The notes below the pieces were generated by a model that was not told where the DNA came from, did not search any database, and saw nothing but the letters and a program-made list of their open reading frames with translations. Shown piece after piece: positions 39,318 through 49,235 of a stretch of 64,000 bases of DNA. Numbering within the stretch: the stretch's first letter is position 1; every line of letters begins with the position of its first letter. Position numbers and translations under genes: made by a program. The DNA comes from a virus. The stretch covers positions 1-64,000 of the IMG/VR virus record IMGVR_UViG_3300043411_001575; one strand, given 5' to 3'.

Positions 39318-40536
39318 AAAAAAACAAATATTCTTATTTTAAAATAGCACTTCCAATGTATTTATTTGGAGTATTTATTTCACTTATTATTTTTATATTA
39401 AATCAAAACTATTATTGTTTTTTGTTTTCCACAATTGGATTTATTTTTCACTTTATATTATTAGGATATAAAAGTCCATTTCAGAAAAAACTGCAAATAT
39501 TAAGTGATAGAATGAATATGTGTATAAATGAATCAGACCCTAAAAAAGAAGCAATAATGCTATCTATAGTGGCAATGAGAAATGCAAATACTTGTGCAGC
39601 AGAATCAAATATTGATAAAGAAAATAAACATCATTGGATGTTTTTGTGCTTATTTTACGATAAACTAAGTAAAATACATAGAGAAAGTTTTTACGAATTA
39701 AATAGCAAAAAACAATGCGAACAGTATTAAGAAACAGAACCGACTACTCTGAACTAGAACAAGAGGCTATACATAAGTACCATTATTGTAATGATGAAGT
39801 ATTTAAAGAGTTTTTCCATACACTTTCAAAAAAGGATTCACTCATAGTATCAAGAGTACTTAATATCGGTATTTATAATTTGAATTTTAGCAGCATTGAA
39901 TACACTATAAAATACATGCCATCAGAGATTATGTTTACAAAACAAACATCAGATGTAACAGTTAATCATCACTTTAAATTTGAAATTACTATTGAAGGGC
40001 ATCAAATGGTAATGGGCTATAAGCACTACTTATCAGAAATACCTGAAAATGAAATAGGAGGAACTACAGATATTTGGTGCAATCCATTCGAAGGGGATAA
40101 GATTTCTAATTACCTTATTTCAAAAAAGGTTTCAGCTATTGATTATAGAGATGGGCTGATTAGTATTTATGAGTTCTTAATTGAAAATAACATAATCAAA
40201 TAAAATGAAGCCGAAATTTAGAATAATAGAAAAGACAACCTTATCAGGAAAAAAGATATTTGTTCCTCAAGTTGGAATATGGGAAGAGACTCATATTACA
40301 GGAATTCTTTGGTGGAAAGAGTCTAACTATGCATACGTTTATTATGGATTAAAACCTCAGCCTAGCTCTATAGTTATTGATTTTAACACTAAATACACAA
40401 CAAGAGGTCATGGTTTTGAATCTACTTCTGAAGCTATGATTTTTCTTAATGAATTTAAGGAAATATTATTAAATCAGTATGAGAAAGATAAAGACAGATT
40501 ATTTCAAGAAGAAATTAAAATAATTGACGTAGAATA

Positions 40537-41076
40537 ATGAGCAATTCATTTATACATAGATTAAGATTAGCAGTAAAGGAGGCTTTAACTAATCCTAAAA
40601 AAATATCTTCAAGGGAGGCGGCAAAGCAAATGGATATTAGCGCAGCTACTTTTTGTAGGTTTCAAAAGGGAGATTTGAGCATGGATGCTTCTACTCTTAT
40701 TAAAATTTGTGTTTGGCTAAGCTCTAAAACTAAATCAGAATTATCTATTGATGATTTTACAGAAGAAAATAATCCAACATACATTGATGTTAAGTTTAAC
40801 GAATCCGAAGAAAGAGATATTTACAACACAATAGAAACTATAAATAAAGCTGTAAACACAGATAGTTTTTCAGGATTATTTTCAGTAAAAGAAAAAATAT
40901 ATTCATACGTTACTATTGAAGGAATTAAAACTAAAATACTAAAAGAGGTTTGCAGAAGACTTGAATTATATGGGAAATGGGAAACGAAATTAATTAGTTT
41001 AAACTCTGATTCTTTTCCTAATAATTCAAATGGAATATGCTTGTTTAAAGAAAAATTTAATACAGATTTAAAATGA
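40537..41076 (+). CDS. XRE-type HTH domain protein
   Basis: ISSREAAKQMDISAATFCRFQKG...TLIKICVWL. Confidence 0.65.
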   Translation: MSNSFIHRLRLAVKEALTNPKKISSREAAKQMDISAATFCRFQKGDLSMDASTLIKICVWLSSKTKSELSIDDFTEENNPTYIDVKFNESEERDIYNTIETINKAVNTDSFSGLFSVKEKIYSYVTIEGIKTKILKEVCRRLELYGKWETKLISLNSDSFPNNSNGICLFKEKFNTDLK

Positions 41077-41455
41077 AAAAAATTGAACTAATAGGAGTAA
41101 TGAATTTATCTTCAAACCTTGTTACTTGGCTCAGAGGAGATAAAAGAGATGTTCCATCAGAAACAATCGTTAGCGCATTAACAGGTGTAATGATTATTCA
41201 GAAAGGAAGCCATCCAACTACCTATGAAAATTTTGAATGCATATTCGATTTAATGGAAAAAGAGCCGCTTGTAAGAACTAACTTTCACTTATTGAAATTT
41301 TTAGATAGAAATTGGAAAGTAATATCTGAAAACATAAATCAGATTGAAGAAATGTTTAAAGAGTGTTATTCTTTAAAAGATATTAATCCGAATAGTTATC
41401 TACTTGAGGTTATAGAGTTTAATGAAATGATTAAAAAACTTTTAAAATAAACAAC

Positions 41456-41944
41456 ATGTTAAACAAAAGCAAAAAAGGATTACTTATTTTTGATAATTTT
41501 AGAGTAGACTACAATTTACCTAAATACAAGAAAAATAGTAAAGAAGAACAGGAATCAACGCCAAATGAAATTGGATTTATTAATATGGATTCTGATGAAT
41601 TTGATGCAGTTGCGGTTGGAGGATGGGGGTCATTTTTTTTCCAATATGTAACAAGAGATAATTATTCATTCTGTATGAAATGTACATACGCAGAATATGA
41701 AATAGACGGGGAGATTGTGGGTATAGACATATTCAAAGACCCTATTACCGATTCAGGAATGAAAAAATCAGCTCGTGGATTAACGGCAGTTTTTAAAGAT
41801 GAAAATGGTGAATACTACTTAAAAGACCAAGCCACTTGGGAAGAAATTAATAACTGTGAATTAAAAACGGTATTTAAAGATGGTAAAATCCTACATGAAA
41901 CTACACTAACTGAAATTCGTGAGCGAATCAAGCAAAACATGTAA
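41456..41944 (+). CDS. stand-alone C-terminal fragment of nicotinamide phosphoribosyltransferase (NadV/NAMPT)
   Basis: GSFFFQYVTRD..F.MK.T...IFKDPITDSG.KKSARG...LKTVFKDG...TLTEIRER matches the NAMPT C-terminus; only 162 aa. Confidence 0.75.
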   Translation: MLNKSKKGLLIFDNFRVDYNLPKYKKNSKEEQESTPNEIGFINMDSDEFDAVAVGGWGSFFFQYVTRDNYSFCMKCTYAEYEIDGEIVGIDIFKDPITDSGMKKSARGLTAVFKDENGEYYLKDQATWEEINNCELKTVFKDGKILHETTLTEIRERIKQNM

Positions 41945-44149
41945 CCAATGGCAGTTCAAAAACATAAAGATATTGACATCGGTGACGTGGTTCTACATAA
42001 AGACAAGGAGTTCTTGGTTGAGTATGTTTGGAATAACGTAATAGGTCAATGGTATTTCGATTTAAAAGCTTTAACTCCTGTATTAGAGGGATTAGATATT
42101 TATGCCAATGAAGTTAGTGTACCTAGTTACGATTGTATTCTAGTTAAAAAGAAAGAGGTTGATGTTCTTTTGTTTGCATTCAAACTAAGTGACTTGAAGC
42201 TAGGTGAAAAATTTAAGTTTAAAGAAGGACAAAAAGCATTTTACTATACTAATGGAACACAATCTCAAGAACTTGAAACAGAGGAACACATTGAGTTTAT
42301 TGTACTAAAACGAAATCCTACATCTGTTAAATGTAAGATGACTTGTGGTAGAATAGAATATACATTCAAGTTTTCAGGTTATTTCTCAGGTTACATACCT
42401 GTTGAAGATAATTTAATTATAGCTAAAACTTAGTTCATGATTATTGAAAATAAAAAATATACTCAGAATTACGATGGTTCTCATTCAATTATGGTTTCCG
42501 TAGATGATGAATGGTGGTGCGGTAAGGATTTATATGAAACAATTTTAGATTTGGATAATCCTAATTGTAAAAATCAACACTTCATGCATCATGAAAATAA
42601 AATTGTAAAAAAACTACATGAAGAAGGAATTATATTCAAAACTGAACATACTACATGTTTAATGATTGGAGATAATAAAGATAAAATAAAAAAGTTTAAA
42701 GTAGAATTAAAAAGTATTATACTACCAATTTTAATAAGTGAATAAATGCAAGACATAAATGAATTATTAATTCATGATGACTCTGAACTTCAAAAAGATG
42801 ATTGGTTCTCATATGGATTAAAACAACAACAAAAAGAAAAAGAAATGGAAAACACAGAAAATCAAAACGAAGAAAACCAATTAGAAAATATGAATATCAT
42901 TGATTGGTTTAAAATTAAGGAAGATTACCCTCTTTCAGTTCAAGCTGTACAAGATTGGTTTACGGCTAGATATGACCTTGCTGATGCTGAAGTTATAATA
43001 GACCAATACTCAATACTAATAACAAATGGTGTTGGAGGAATGTACTTAAATATTCGTGATTTGTATGACTTCTTTGATGTATATAACGTAAGACCATTTG
43101 TTGTTCCTGAAGGAAATTTCCCGAATGTCAAATATATTATTCAGTCTAAAAAATCTATCATTGAATCAGAAGTTATATTTGAAGAACGAGCTGCTGCTGA
43201 GATAGCAATGTTCATTGAAACTTTTCAGTATATTGAGATTACTATCGAGCATCAAATGAAAACTCAAAAAACATAAAATGGCTAAATTAAAAGGAAAAAA
43301 ATTAGAATTCATTAGCTTCATTAAGAGAGATGGTACAGGCACAATAATGTGCGGTACTGAATGGAATGAAAAAATGAATCATCCAAAGGTAGATGACATG
43401 AGCTACGTTGATGAAGAGGTTTTTAACATACGTGCGCTTTCTTTAAGCAAAGGAACTTTTATTGCAAGTAATTTCAATTGTTTTGTTGTTAAATTGAAAA
43501 ATAAAAATGCGAAAGTATAAGCCAAGCAACGGAACAGAAGGAGAATGGTTCATCGATAAGTATTGTATGAATTGTTTCCACTGTGACCCTGACCCAAGAG
43601 GAAAGAAGCAATGTATGCTTTTATGTGCCTCCATGTGTTATGATGTGAATGAACCTGAATATCCGAAGGAATGGATTTACGATGATGAAAATAAACCAAC
43701 ATGCACTAAATGGCAAAAATGGGATTGGGATACGGATGGTAATCCTGATGACCCTGATAATCCAAATGCTCCTCAACCTGAAGACCCTAATCAATTAGTT
43801 ATGCCATTTATTTTGGATGAGATTGAAATGAAAATAAATGAAAAAAAACATGAAAAAATTGAATGTTGATTATTACGATGTTAAAAACAAATTACCTATA
43901 ATTGGTGAAATTGTAAGCGTGTTTTTTGAAAATAAAGCGTATTCAGGTCATGGTATTTGGTTGAAAGGAATAAGAGTTTCTGATACCACTTTTAAATTAA
44001 ATGAATTAATTGTTAAAATTGATAAAACTGATAGAAGCGAATCAGGAATAGGAGTAACGCATTGGTCTTATTTAGAAGCTAATCATTTACCGAATTTATG
44101 TAGATTGCATAATGGTAATTGTTTTTAAAAAAATATAAAATCAAACAAA

Positions 44150-44344
44150 ATGACGAAAGCAGAAATGTTAGTCGCCTTGAAAAAAGGCAAAAAAGTTACG
44201 CATAAAAACTTCATGGATGATGAATACATGTACCTGAAAGATGGCATGATTGTATTCGAAGATGGTATATCTGTAACTGAAGAAGAATTTTGGATAGGTA
44301 GGAGAGATTATGATTGGCTCACAGATTGGGAGCTTTACAAATAA
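44150..44344 (+). CDS. small protein, possibly DUF2829/Tad2-like
   Basis: MT..E...ALKKGKKV...DWELY layout. Confidence 0.35.
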   Translation: MTKAEMLVALKKGKKVTHKNFMDDEYMYLKDGMIVFEDGISVTEEEFWIGRRDYDWLTDWELYK

Positions 44345-44557
44345 TTTTTCCAAGCTTCAACAGCAACCTTTTTATATTTTATATTAAATGGATACTCATC
44401 AATTGGTAAATCAAGAAAGCCTCTATATATTTGTCCATGACCATGATTAGAATACATCGTGAAATCATATTCCTTTCCTGTTACAGTAGAAACATAAAAT
44501 TCAGGGTTACTCACTGAATGTTCTTCTTTACATATTAACCTATTGGTTAATTCTTCG

Positions 44558-44860
44558 TTAGTTAGCATCTACATCAAAGTAAATTGAAAAACCAAGCTCT
44601 TTGGCAAGCTCTAATTCTATCATAGCTCCTTTGCTTGTTTTGTAATTTGATAACATAAATATAGCATCACACTCCATCATAGCAATAATATCTTCCTTCA
44701 TATAGGATAGCCAAGTCTTATCATGGGCATGATTTAGCTTAATTGGATTAACAGGGATGTATCCTAATTTTATACATTTAGATTCTGCTTCATTAAATAG
44801 CCATTCGGCATCGCATAATTCTAAACCTGTTATTTTACCACTAATATAAATCTTTTTCAT
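44558..44860 (-). CDS. DUF4406 / nucleoside-deoxyribosyltransferase-like protein
   Basis: KIYISGKITG...VNP...W..YM..DI..MMECDAIFML...SKGA.IE..LA. Confidence 0.85.
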   Translation of the reverse strand: MKKIYISGKITGLELCDAEWLFNEAESKCIKLGYIPVNPIKLNHAHDKTWLSYMKEDIIAMMECDAIFMLSNYKTSKGAMIELELAKELGFSIYFDVDAN

Positions 44861-44892
44861 TCAATTAATTTTGTTATTTTACCGTTAAACCG

Positions 44893-44965
44893 TTGAGCGA
44901 CTAGGAATCGAACCTAGAGTCTCTTGAATCAAAATCAAGCGTGTTGCCTGTTACACTATCGCACA
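44893..44965 (-). tRNA. tRNA-Gln(TTG)
   Basis: Cloverleaf; anticodon arm CTTGA-TTTTGAT-TCAAG; T-loop TTCGATT. Confidence 0.9.
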
Positions 44966-45009
44966 ATAAATATTTTATTTTCAGAAAACAAATATACAAA
45001 AAAAATTAG

Positions 45010-45081
45010 TGTGAGTAACAGGAATTGAACCTGTGCGGACGGATTTTCAGTCCGTTGCTCTACCTGCTGAGCTATACCCAC
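45010..45081 (-). tRNA. tRNA-Phe(GAA)
   Basis: ACGGA-CTGAAAA-TCCGT; canonical D and T arms. Confidence 0.93.
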
Positions 45082-45120
45082 ATAAGGCTTTTCAGCCTAT
45101 TGTTTGTTGTTAAATTATTA

Positions 45121-45864
45121 TTACCAATTACCCTTACCTGAATGATAATCATTTAATCTGTTTTTTCTTTTTCCGTTACCTATATTCTTTCCGCAATAAG
45201 TAGGAGTCTGAGCATGGCAGTTAGGGCATATGTTTCTTATATTAGAAACTTTGTCATTTTCAGAATCTCCATCTATGTGGTCTAATTGTAATGGTATTTT
45301 ATTTCCCATCCAATCATGTAAACCGCAAACCATGCACTTGTGACCATTTTTATCAATTAGATATAATTTAAGTATTTTATTCTTACTCGTTCCTGATATG
45401 TTACTTTTAAATGTTCCATCTTCTATTTTTTTGAAATTATATAGTTTCCTGTGATAATAACTACATTCACGAGAGCAAAATTTAGCCACATGGTTTTTTA
45501 ATTTTTTTCCACATATTATACAATTTAATTTTTCCCTCCACATTGGATGACTATTTCCTGACATCAAATATTTATTATTACATTCTCTTGAACACGATTT
45601 AAAATCTTTGTTTTTAGAACCAATAGCCTTCTCGTACTCTTTTCCACAATGACATATACAAATTACTCTTTCATACTTTCTTTTATTAATATTTGAATTA
45701 AAATGCTCTATACTTAAATTAAATTTATCTAACAGTTTTTTAATTTTTTTCATGTTAGCTCCGTTAATACTTAATTTTAAAGCTCTACATAAATCACTTT
45801 TTGAATTTGAATTAATTAATATTTTTTCAAATTCTTCTTTTGTTATACTTTTAAAGTCTAGCAT
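45121..45864 (-). CDS. HNH homing-type endonuclease
   Basis: Zn-finger repeats plus CMVCG...LQLDHIDG...N...N...CPNCHAQT. Confidence 0.9.
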   Translation of the reverse strand: MLDFKSITKEEFEKILINSNSKSDLCRALKLSINGANMKKIKKLLDKFNLSIEHFNSNINKRKYERVICICHCGKEYEKAIGSKNKDFKSCSRECNNKYLMSGNSHPMWREKLNCIICGKKLKNHVAKFCSRECSYYHRKLYNFKKIEDGTFKSNISGTSKNKILKLYLIDKNGHKCMVCGLHDWMGNKIPLQLDHIDGDSENDKVSNIRNICPNCHAQTPTYCGKNIGNGKRKNRLNDYHSGKGNW

Positions 45865-45930
45865 TTGGATGTCGATTTAATGTAAAGTTACAAATAAAAT
45901 TAAATAAAACAAACGTCATCTTATACTAAG

Positions 45931-46002
45931 TCGAAAGTATCGGACTTGAACCGCTCCTGATTACCCCAAATAACCTATGCTACCAATTACAACATACTCT
46001 CG
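45931..46002 (-). tRNA. tRNA-Pro(TGG)
   Basis: GGTTA-TTTGGGG-TAATC; C1-G72, A73. Confidence 0.85.
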
Positions 46003-46018
46003 ATATTATTAAATAAAA

Positions 46019-46028
46019 TTAAAGAACG
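46019..46028 (-). promoter_or_regulatory. boxA-like antitermination motif
   Basis: CGTTCTTTAA directly after terminator 1. Confidence 0.6.
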
Positions 46029-46041
46029 AATTTTTGAACAT

Positions 46042-46070
46042 AAAAAAACCCTGATGATTAGTCAGGGTCT
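46042..46070 (-). terminator. attenuator terminator 1
   Basis: ACCCTGA-CTAATCA-TCAGGGT plus T tract. Confidence 0.85.
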
Positions 46071-46097
46071 CTTATTGTTTGTTTGTGATATATTTTT

Positions 46098-46190
46098 TCA
46101 CCCACACGGACAATACGCTCCTGACAACTGCAATCTAAACTGCGGTTGTTGAGGAAAAAATTGTTGAGTGTATGTGTTTGTTATTTTCAT
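46098..46190 (-). CDS. leader peptide of the Pro/Phe/Gln tRNA operon (MKITNTYTQQFFPQQPQFRLQLSGAYCPCG)
   Basis: Translated by hand; codons 9-18 are all Q/F/P; lies between promoter and terminator. Confidence 0.88.
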   Translation of the reverse strand: MKITNTYTQQFFPQQPQFRLQLSGAYCPCG

Positions 46191-46194
46191 GATG

Positions 46195-46226
46195 CAAAGT
46201 AACGAAATGTTTTTTAATCTACCAAA
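46195..46226 (-). promoter_or_regulatory. promoter of tRNA operon 1
   Basis: TTTG-N20-TTACTTTG, ending 4 nt before the leader ATG. Confidence 0.6.
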
Positions 46227-46270
46227 TTTATTTTGAATTATTTTTAAAAATATTTTATTAACTTCGTGAA

Positions 46271-46768
46271 ATGATAGTAATGAAAGGTGTTTGCGAAGTT
46301 TGTAATGATGGAAAAGAAAAGCAATTAGCTAAGAAAAGACCTCCTTTGTGTGGTTATCATTACTCAATTGAACAGCGAAAAAAATCTGCTGAGAAAAACA
46401 AAGACAAGCCAAAGAAAGTTCAAAAGCAATTAAAACGTACTCCATTGTCTTATAAAAGAAAAGCTACAGGAGAGCTTGAACTTATGAAGAGTATTTGGGA
46501 TAACATGGAAGAACATAAATCTTTCATTAGCGGAAATCCAATTTATGAATTCAATGTAAGTTGCATGGCACATGTATTAGCAAAAGCAAAAAATAAGTAT
46601 CCTAAATTTAAATTGAATCCTGATAATATAAAATTACTCACATACGAAGAACACTTCAAATGGGATAATGCTCCACGCTCTGAGTTAATAAAACTTCCTG
46701 AGTGGGACAAAATGTTTAAGTTAGAAGAAGAACTAAAACAAGAATATAAATTATTGTTTGGATTATAA
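46271..46768 (+). CDS. HNH/NinG-like nuclease-fold protein
   Basis: CEVC..CGYH finger; AHVLAK..YP...NPDNIKLLT.EEH..WD. Confidence 0.5.
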   Translation: MIVMKGVCEVCNDGKEKQLAKKRPPLCGYHYSIEQRKKSAEKNKDKPKKVQKQLKRTPLSYKRKATGELELMKSIWDNMEEHKSFISGNPIYEFNVSCMAHVLAKAKNKYPKFKLNPDNIKLLTYEEHFKWDNAPRSELIKLPEWDKMFKLEEELKQEYKLLFGL

Positions 46769-46769
46769 A

Positions 46770-47264
46770 TTAATGCTTATTGTTATGCTTTTCCCGATGA
46801 TGCTTTCTACACAACCAATTTACTGTTAAAGGCTCATTGTAATCTTCATGATGCGCAAATGTATTTATGCTATCACATCCTTCAGTCTCGCATATTCCAC
46901 GAATTAATTTACCTGTCTTAACTGCGTAATATACCTTTTTTCTTGCTCTTATCTTTTCAGGATACCTTTCGCATTGGATTTTTTTATAGTGGTAATTGTT
47001 ATTTGATATGCCATCCTTCCAATTAGGATTATTTTCACCATCAAATTTATATTTTTCATGTATTATTTTAGCACTTTTTTTACCGTTCTCTATTCTAAGC
47101 TTACTAATTTGTGCAGTTGTTCTTTTAATATTATTCCTCATCATTATCCTTTCAATACCCCAATGAGTCATATTGAATTTTTCAGCGAGTACTGAATTAG
47201 ATAAATGTAAATTATTTGAAATAAATTCAAGCATTTCATTTTTTTGTTCCTTTGTTTTTCTCAT
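46770..47264 (-). CDS. HNH-like endonuclease
   Basis: GENNPNWKDG, GICETEGC...AHHEDY..PL.V.WLCRKHH; start moved to ATG 47264 because the upstream part of the track ORF overlaps tRNA-Leu. Confidence 0.8.
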   Translation of the reverse strand: MRKTKEQKNEMLEFISNNLHLSNSVLAEKFNMTHWGIERIMMRNNIKRTTAQISKLRIENGKKSAKIIHEKYKFDGENNPNWKDGISNNNYHYKKIQCERYPEKIRARKKVYYAVKTGKLIRGICETEGCDSINTFAHHEDYNEPLTVNWLCRKHHREKHNNKH

Positions 47265-47306
47265 AATACAAATATACATAAATCTTAGTAGTTGTACAAT
47301 AAAAAG

Positions 47307-47387
47307 TATCCCTAGCAGAACTCGAATCTGCAAGTCAAAGACAATGGTTTTTAAGACCATCCTGTTTACCAATTTCAGCATAGGGAT
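47307..47387 (-). tRNA. tRNA-Leu(TAA)
   Basis: ATGGT-CTTAAAA-ACCAT; long variable arm. Confidence 0.9.
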
Positions 47388-47393
47388 ATTTTG

Positions 47394-47475
47394 TACAGAT
47401 AGAGGTATTCGAAACCTCATGCATTTCTGCGTATGATTCTAAATCATGTGCGTCTTCCAATTCCGCCATATCTGC
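47394..47475 (-). tRNA. tRNA-Leu(TAG)
   Basis: ATGA-TTTAGAA-TCAT; long variable arm. Confidence 0.88.
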
Positions 47476-47491
47476 ATTTGTTTTTTTATTG

Positions 47492-47564
47492 TTGGAACAC
47501 TAGGAGTCGAACCTAGATTAGCGGTTTTACAGACCGAATTCTTACCCTTAGAAATGATGCTCCA
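47492..47564 (-). tRNA. tRNA-Tyr(GTA), atypical short variable arm
   Basis: CGGT-CTGTAAA-ACCG; T arm CTAGG-TTCGACT-CCTAG. Confidence 0.75.
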
Positions 47565-47570
47565 ATTTTG

Positions 47571-47656
47571 CGGAAACAGCAGGACTTCAACCTGCACGGG
47601 CTTTTATACCCCTAGCGTTTTTCAAGAACGTGTACCTCTGTCAATTGGGTGCTTCC
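47571..47656 (-). tRNA. tRNA-Ser(TGA)
   Basis: CGTT-CTTGAAA-AACG; long variable arm; G73. Confidence 0.8.
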
Positions 47657-47685
47657 AAATTATTTTATTTCAATGAACTGTTTTG

Positions 47686-47769
47686 CGGAGAGCAGTGGTC
47701 GTGACCCACACTCGTTTAACCGAGCCGACAACTTAGCAGGTTGCGCCTACCCTGATAGGTTTACTCTCC
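47686..47769 (-). tRNA. tRNA-Ser(GCT)
   Basis: GCAAC-CTGCTAA-GTTGT; long variable arm; G73; non-canonical T-loop. Confidence 0.8.
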
Positions 47770-47773
47770 TTTT

Positions 47774-47847
47774 GGGTAATATATCGGGATTGAACCGATG
47801 ACCTCTCGAATCACAATCGAGCGTTCTACCACTGAACTAATATCACC
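47774..47847 (-). tRNA. tRNA-His(GTG)
   Basis: CTCGA-TTGTGAT-TCGAG; C73. Confidence 0.9.
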
Positions 47848-47857
47848 ATGTATCTTT

Positions 47858-47867
47858 TTAAAGAACG
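47858..47867 (-). promoter_or_regulatory. boxA-like antitermination motif
   Basis: CGTTCTTTAA directly after terminator 2. Confidence 0.6.
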
Positions 47868-47881
47868 AATTAATATAAAAC

Positions 47882-47911
47882 AAAAAACCCCAAACTTTTC
47901 AGTTCAGGGTT
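47882..47911 (-). terminator. attenuator terminator 2
   Basis: AACCCTGAACT-GAAA-AGTTTGGGGTT plus T tract. Confidence 0.85.
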
Positions 47912-47933
47912 CTTATCATGTAAACAAATATGT

Positions 47934-48011
47934 TTAACTACAATAGAGATTTTCCTGAACCGATTGCTTCGGATACAGCGACAAATAACTATGTAATGAT
48001 GTATTTTTCAT
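47934..48011 (-). CDS. leader peptide of the His/Ser/Ser/Tyr/Leu/Leu tRNA operon (MKNTSLHSYLSLYPKQSVQENLYCS)
   Basis: Translated by hand; codons 5-13 are all S/L/H/Y. Confidence 0.88.
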   Translation of the reverse strand: MKNTSLHSYLSLYPKQSVQENLYCS

Positions 48012-48019
48012 AATGGATG

Positions 48020-48050
48020 CAAATTAAAGGATTATTTATTTATCCGCAAA
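48020..48050 (-). promoter_or_regulatory. promoter of tRNA operon 2
   Basis: TTTG-N19-TTAATTTG, ending 8 nt before the leader ATG. Confidence 0.6.
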
Positions 48051-48641
48051 ATTTATTTTTAATAAAAATCATATTGAATTGAAAATGAGTGAAATAAAAT
48101 TATTCGATGCAAATTAATTCTACTTTTTTGACTTTATCCCAAATCTTACCGAATGCAGTAGGATTCAACCCAACTTTTGCAGTCCAATTTGTAGGGGCAA
48201 TCCATTTCTGTCCATCGTGTAAATTACCCACAGAAGCTACAGAAGTACCTCCTCCTGATTTTTTCTTCCAATAAATACGGTACAAACCACATCTTAATTC
48301 TTTAACGTCTTCTTTTTTCATCTTATTTTTTTTAATTTAAAATACGTCTAACTTCAGGAAAACATTTGTCTAATTTATTCTCCCATTCTACTGAGTAACG
48401 TGAATAATAGTCCATGTTTCTATTTACTCTTTCAATAGCCTGCTCTCTTGTGAAATTGTTACATATCATACAGAATTCAATGTGAGTTTCATGAGCATCT
48501 TTAGCTAATTTAAATTTGTCTTTCATTAAAACATCTTTGAAAAACCAATCCATAAACCAATCATATACGATTGGTAATTCTTTTGTTGGATTAGCATTCC
48601 ATTCTTTTAATTCCTTTAATGATTTTATTCTTTTTTTCATT

Positions 48642-49235
48642 TTATAATACATTTAATTCTGAATATTCTGTACCCCAATTTTCAATAGCAGCTTCATTAT
48701 ATGCTTTAGCAGCATCTTCTTCACTTAAAAAATAACCTAAATGCTTTTTCTTGTAGTCTAATTTTATTGACGCAGACCACTTGTTAGCGAACTTATTCCA
48801 ACTGACTCCTTTATAAATACTGCTTGGAACATTACCATTAGCGGTTCTTTGTTTTTTCTCTTTATAGTGAGCTTTTTGATGGCTTATTAATTCAAGATTA
48901 TCTCTTCTTAAATTTAATGGATTCCTGTCTTTATAATGAATTACCGTTTTACCTTCTGCTTCAAGTAATAATTTAGCAAAAGGAGCTACAATTCTTTTTC
49001 CTTCTTTTGAAATCCAAAGTGCCATTACTGCTTGTCTCTGTTCATCAAACCAAATATCTTGTTGCCTGAGAACTTCATAATCAAAATCATCAAACTGAAT
49101 ATTTTTTCCGCAAGTGGTTTTTACCCATCTGAATTGGTCTGCAAAAATACGCATTGCCTTTACCACATCTTCAGATGTAAAACTATTATTCTCTTTCCCA
49201 AATAAATCTTTTATAACCTGTATCTCTGTTTTCAT
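48642..49235 (-). CDS. HNH-AP2 domain protein
   Basis: Degenerate HNH (IHYKDRNPLNLRRDNL) plus AP2 (YKGVSW...KWSASI...HLGYF.SEEDAAKAYNEAA). Confidence 0.85.
   Translation of the reverse strand: MKTEIQVIKDLFGKENNSFTSEDVVKAMRIFADQFRWVKTTCGKNIQFDDFDYEVLRQQDIWFDEQRQAVMALWISKEGKRIVAPFAKLLLEAEGKTVIHYKDRNPLNLRRDNLELISHQKAHYKEKKQRTANGNVPSSIYKGVSWNKFANKWSASIKLDYKKKHLGYFLSEEDAAKAYNEAAIENWGTEYSELNVL

Noticed and set aside
47173-47676. Plus-strand ORFs 47173-47436 and 47446-47676
   Set aside because: Antisense to tRNA genes; shadow ORFs.
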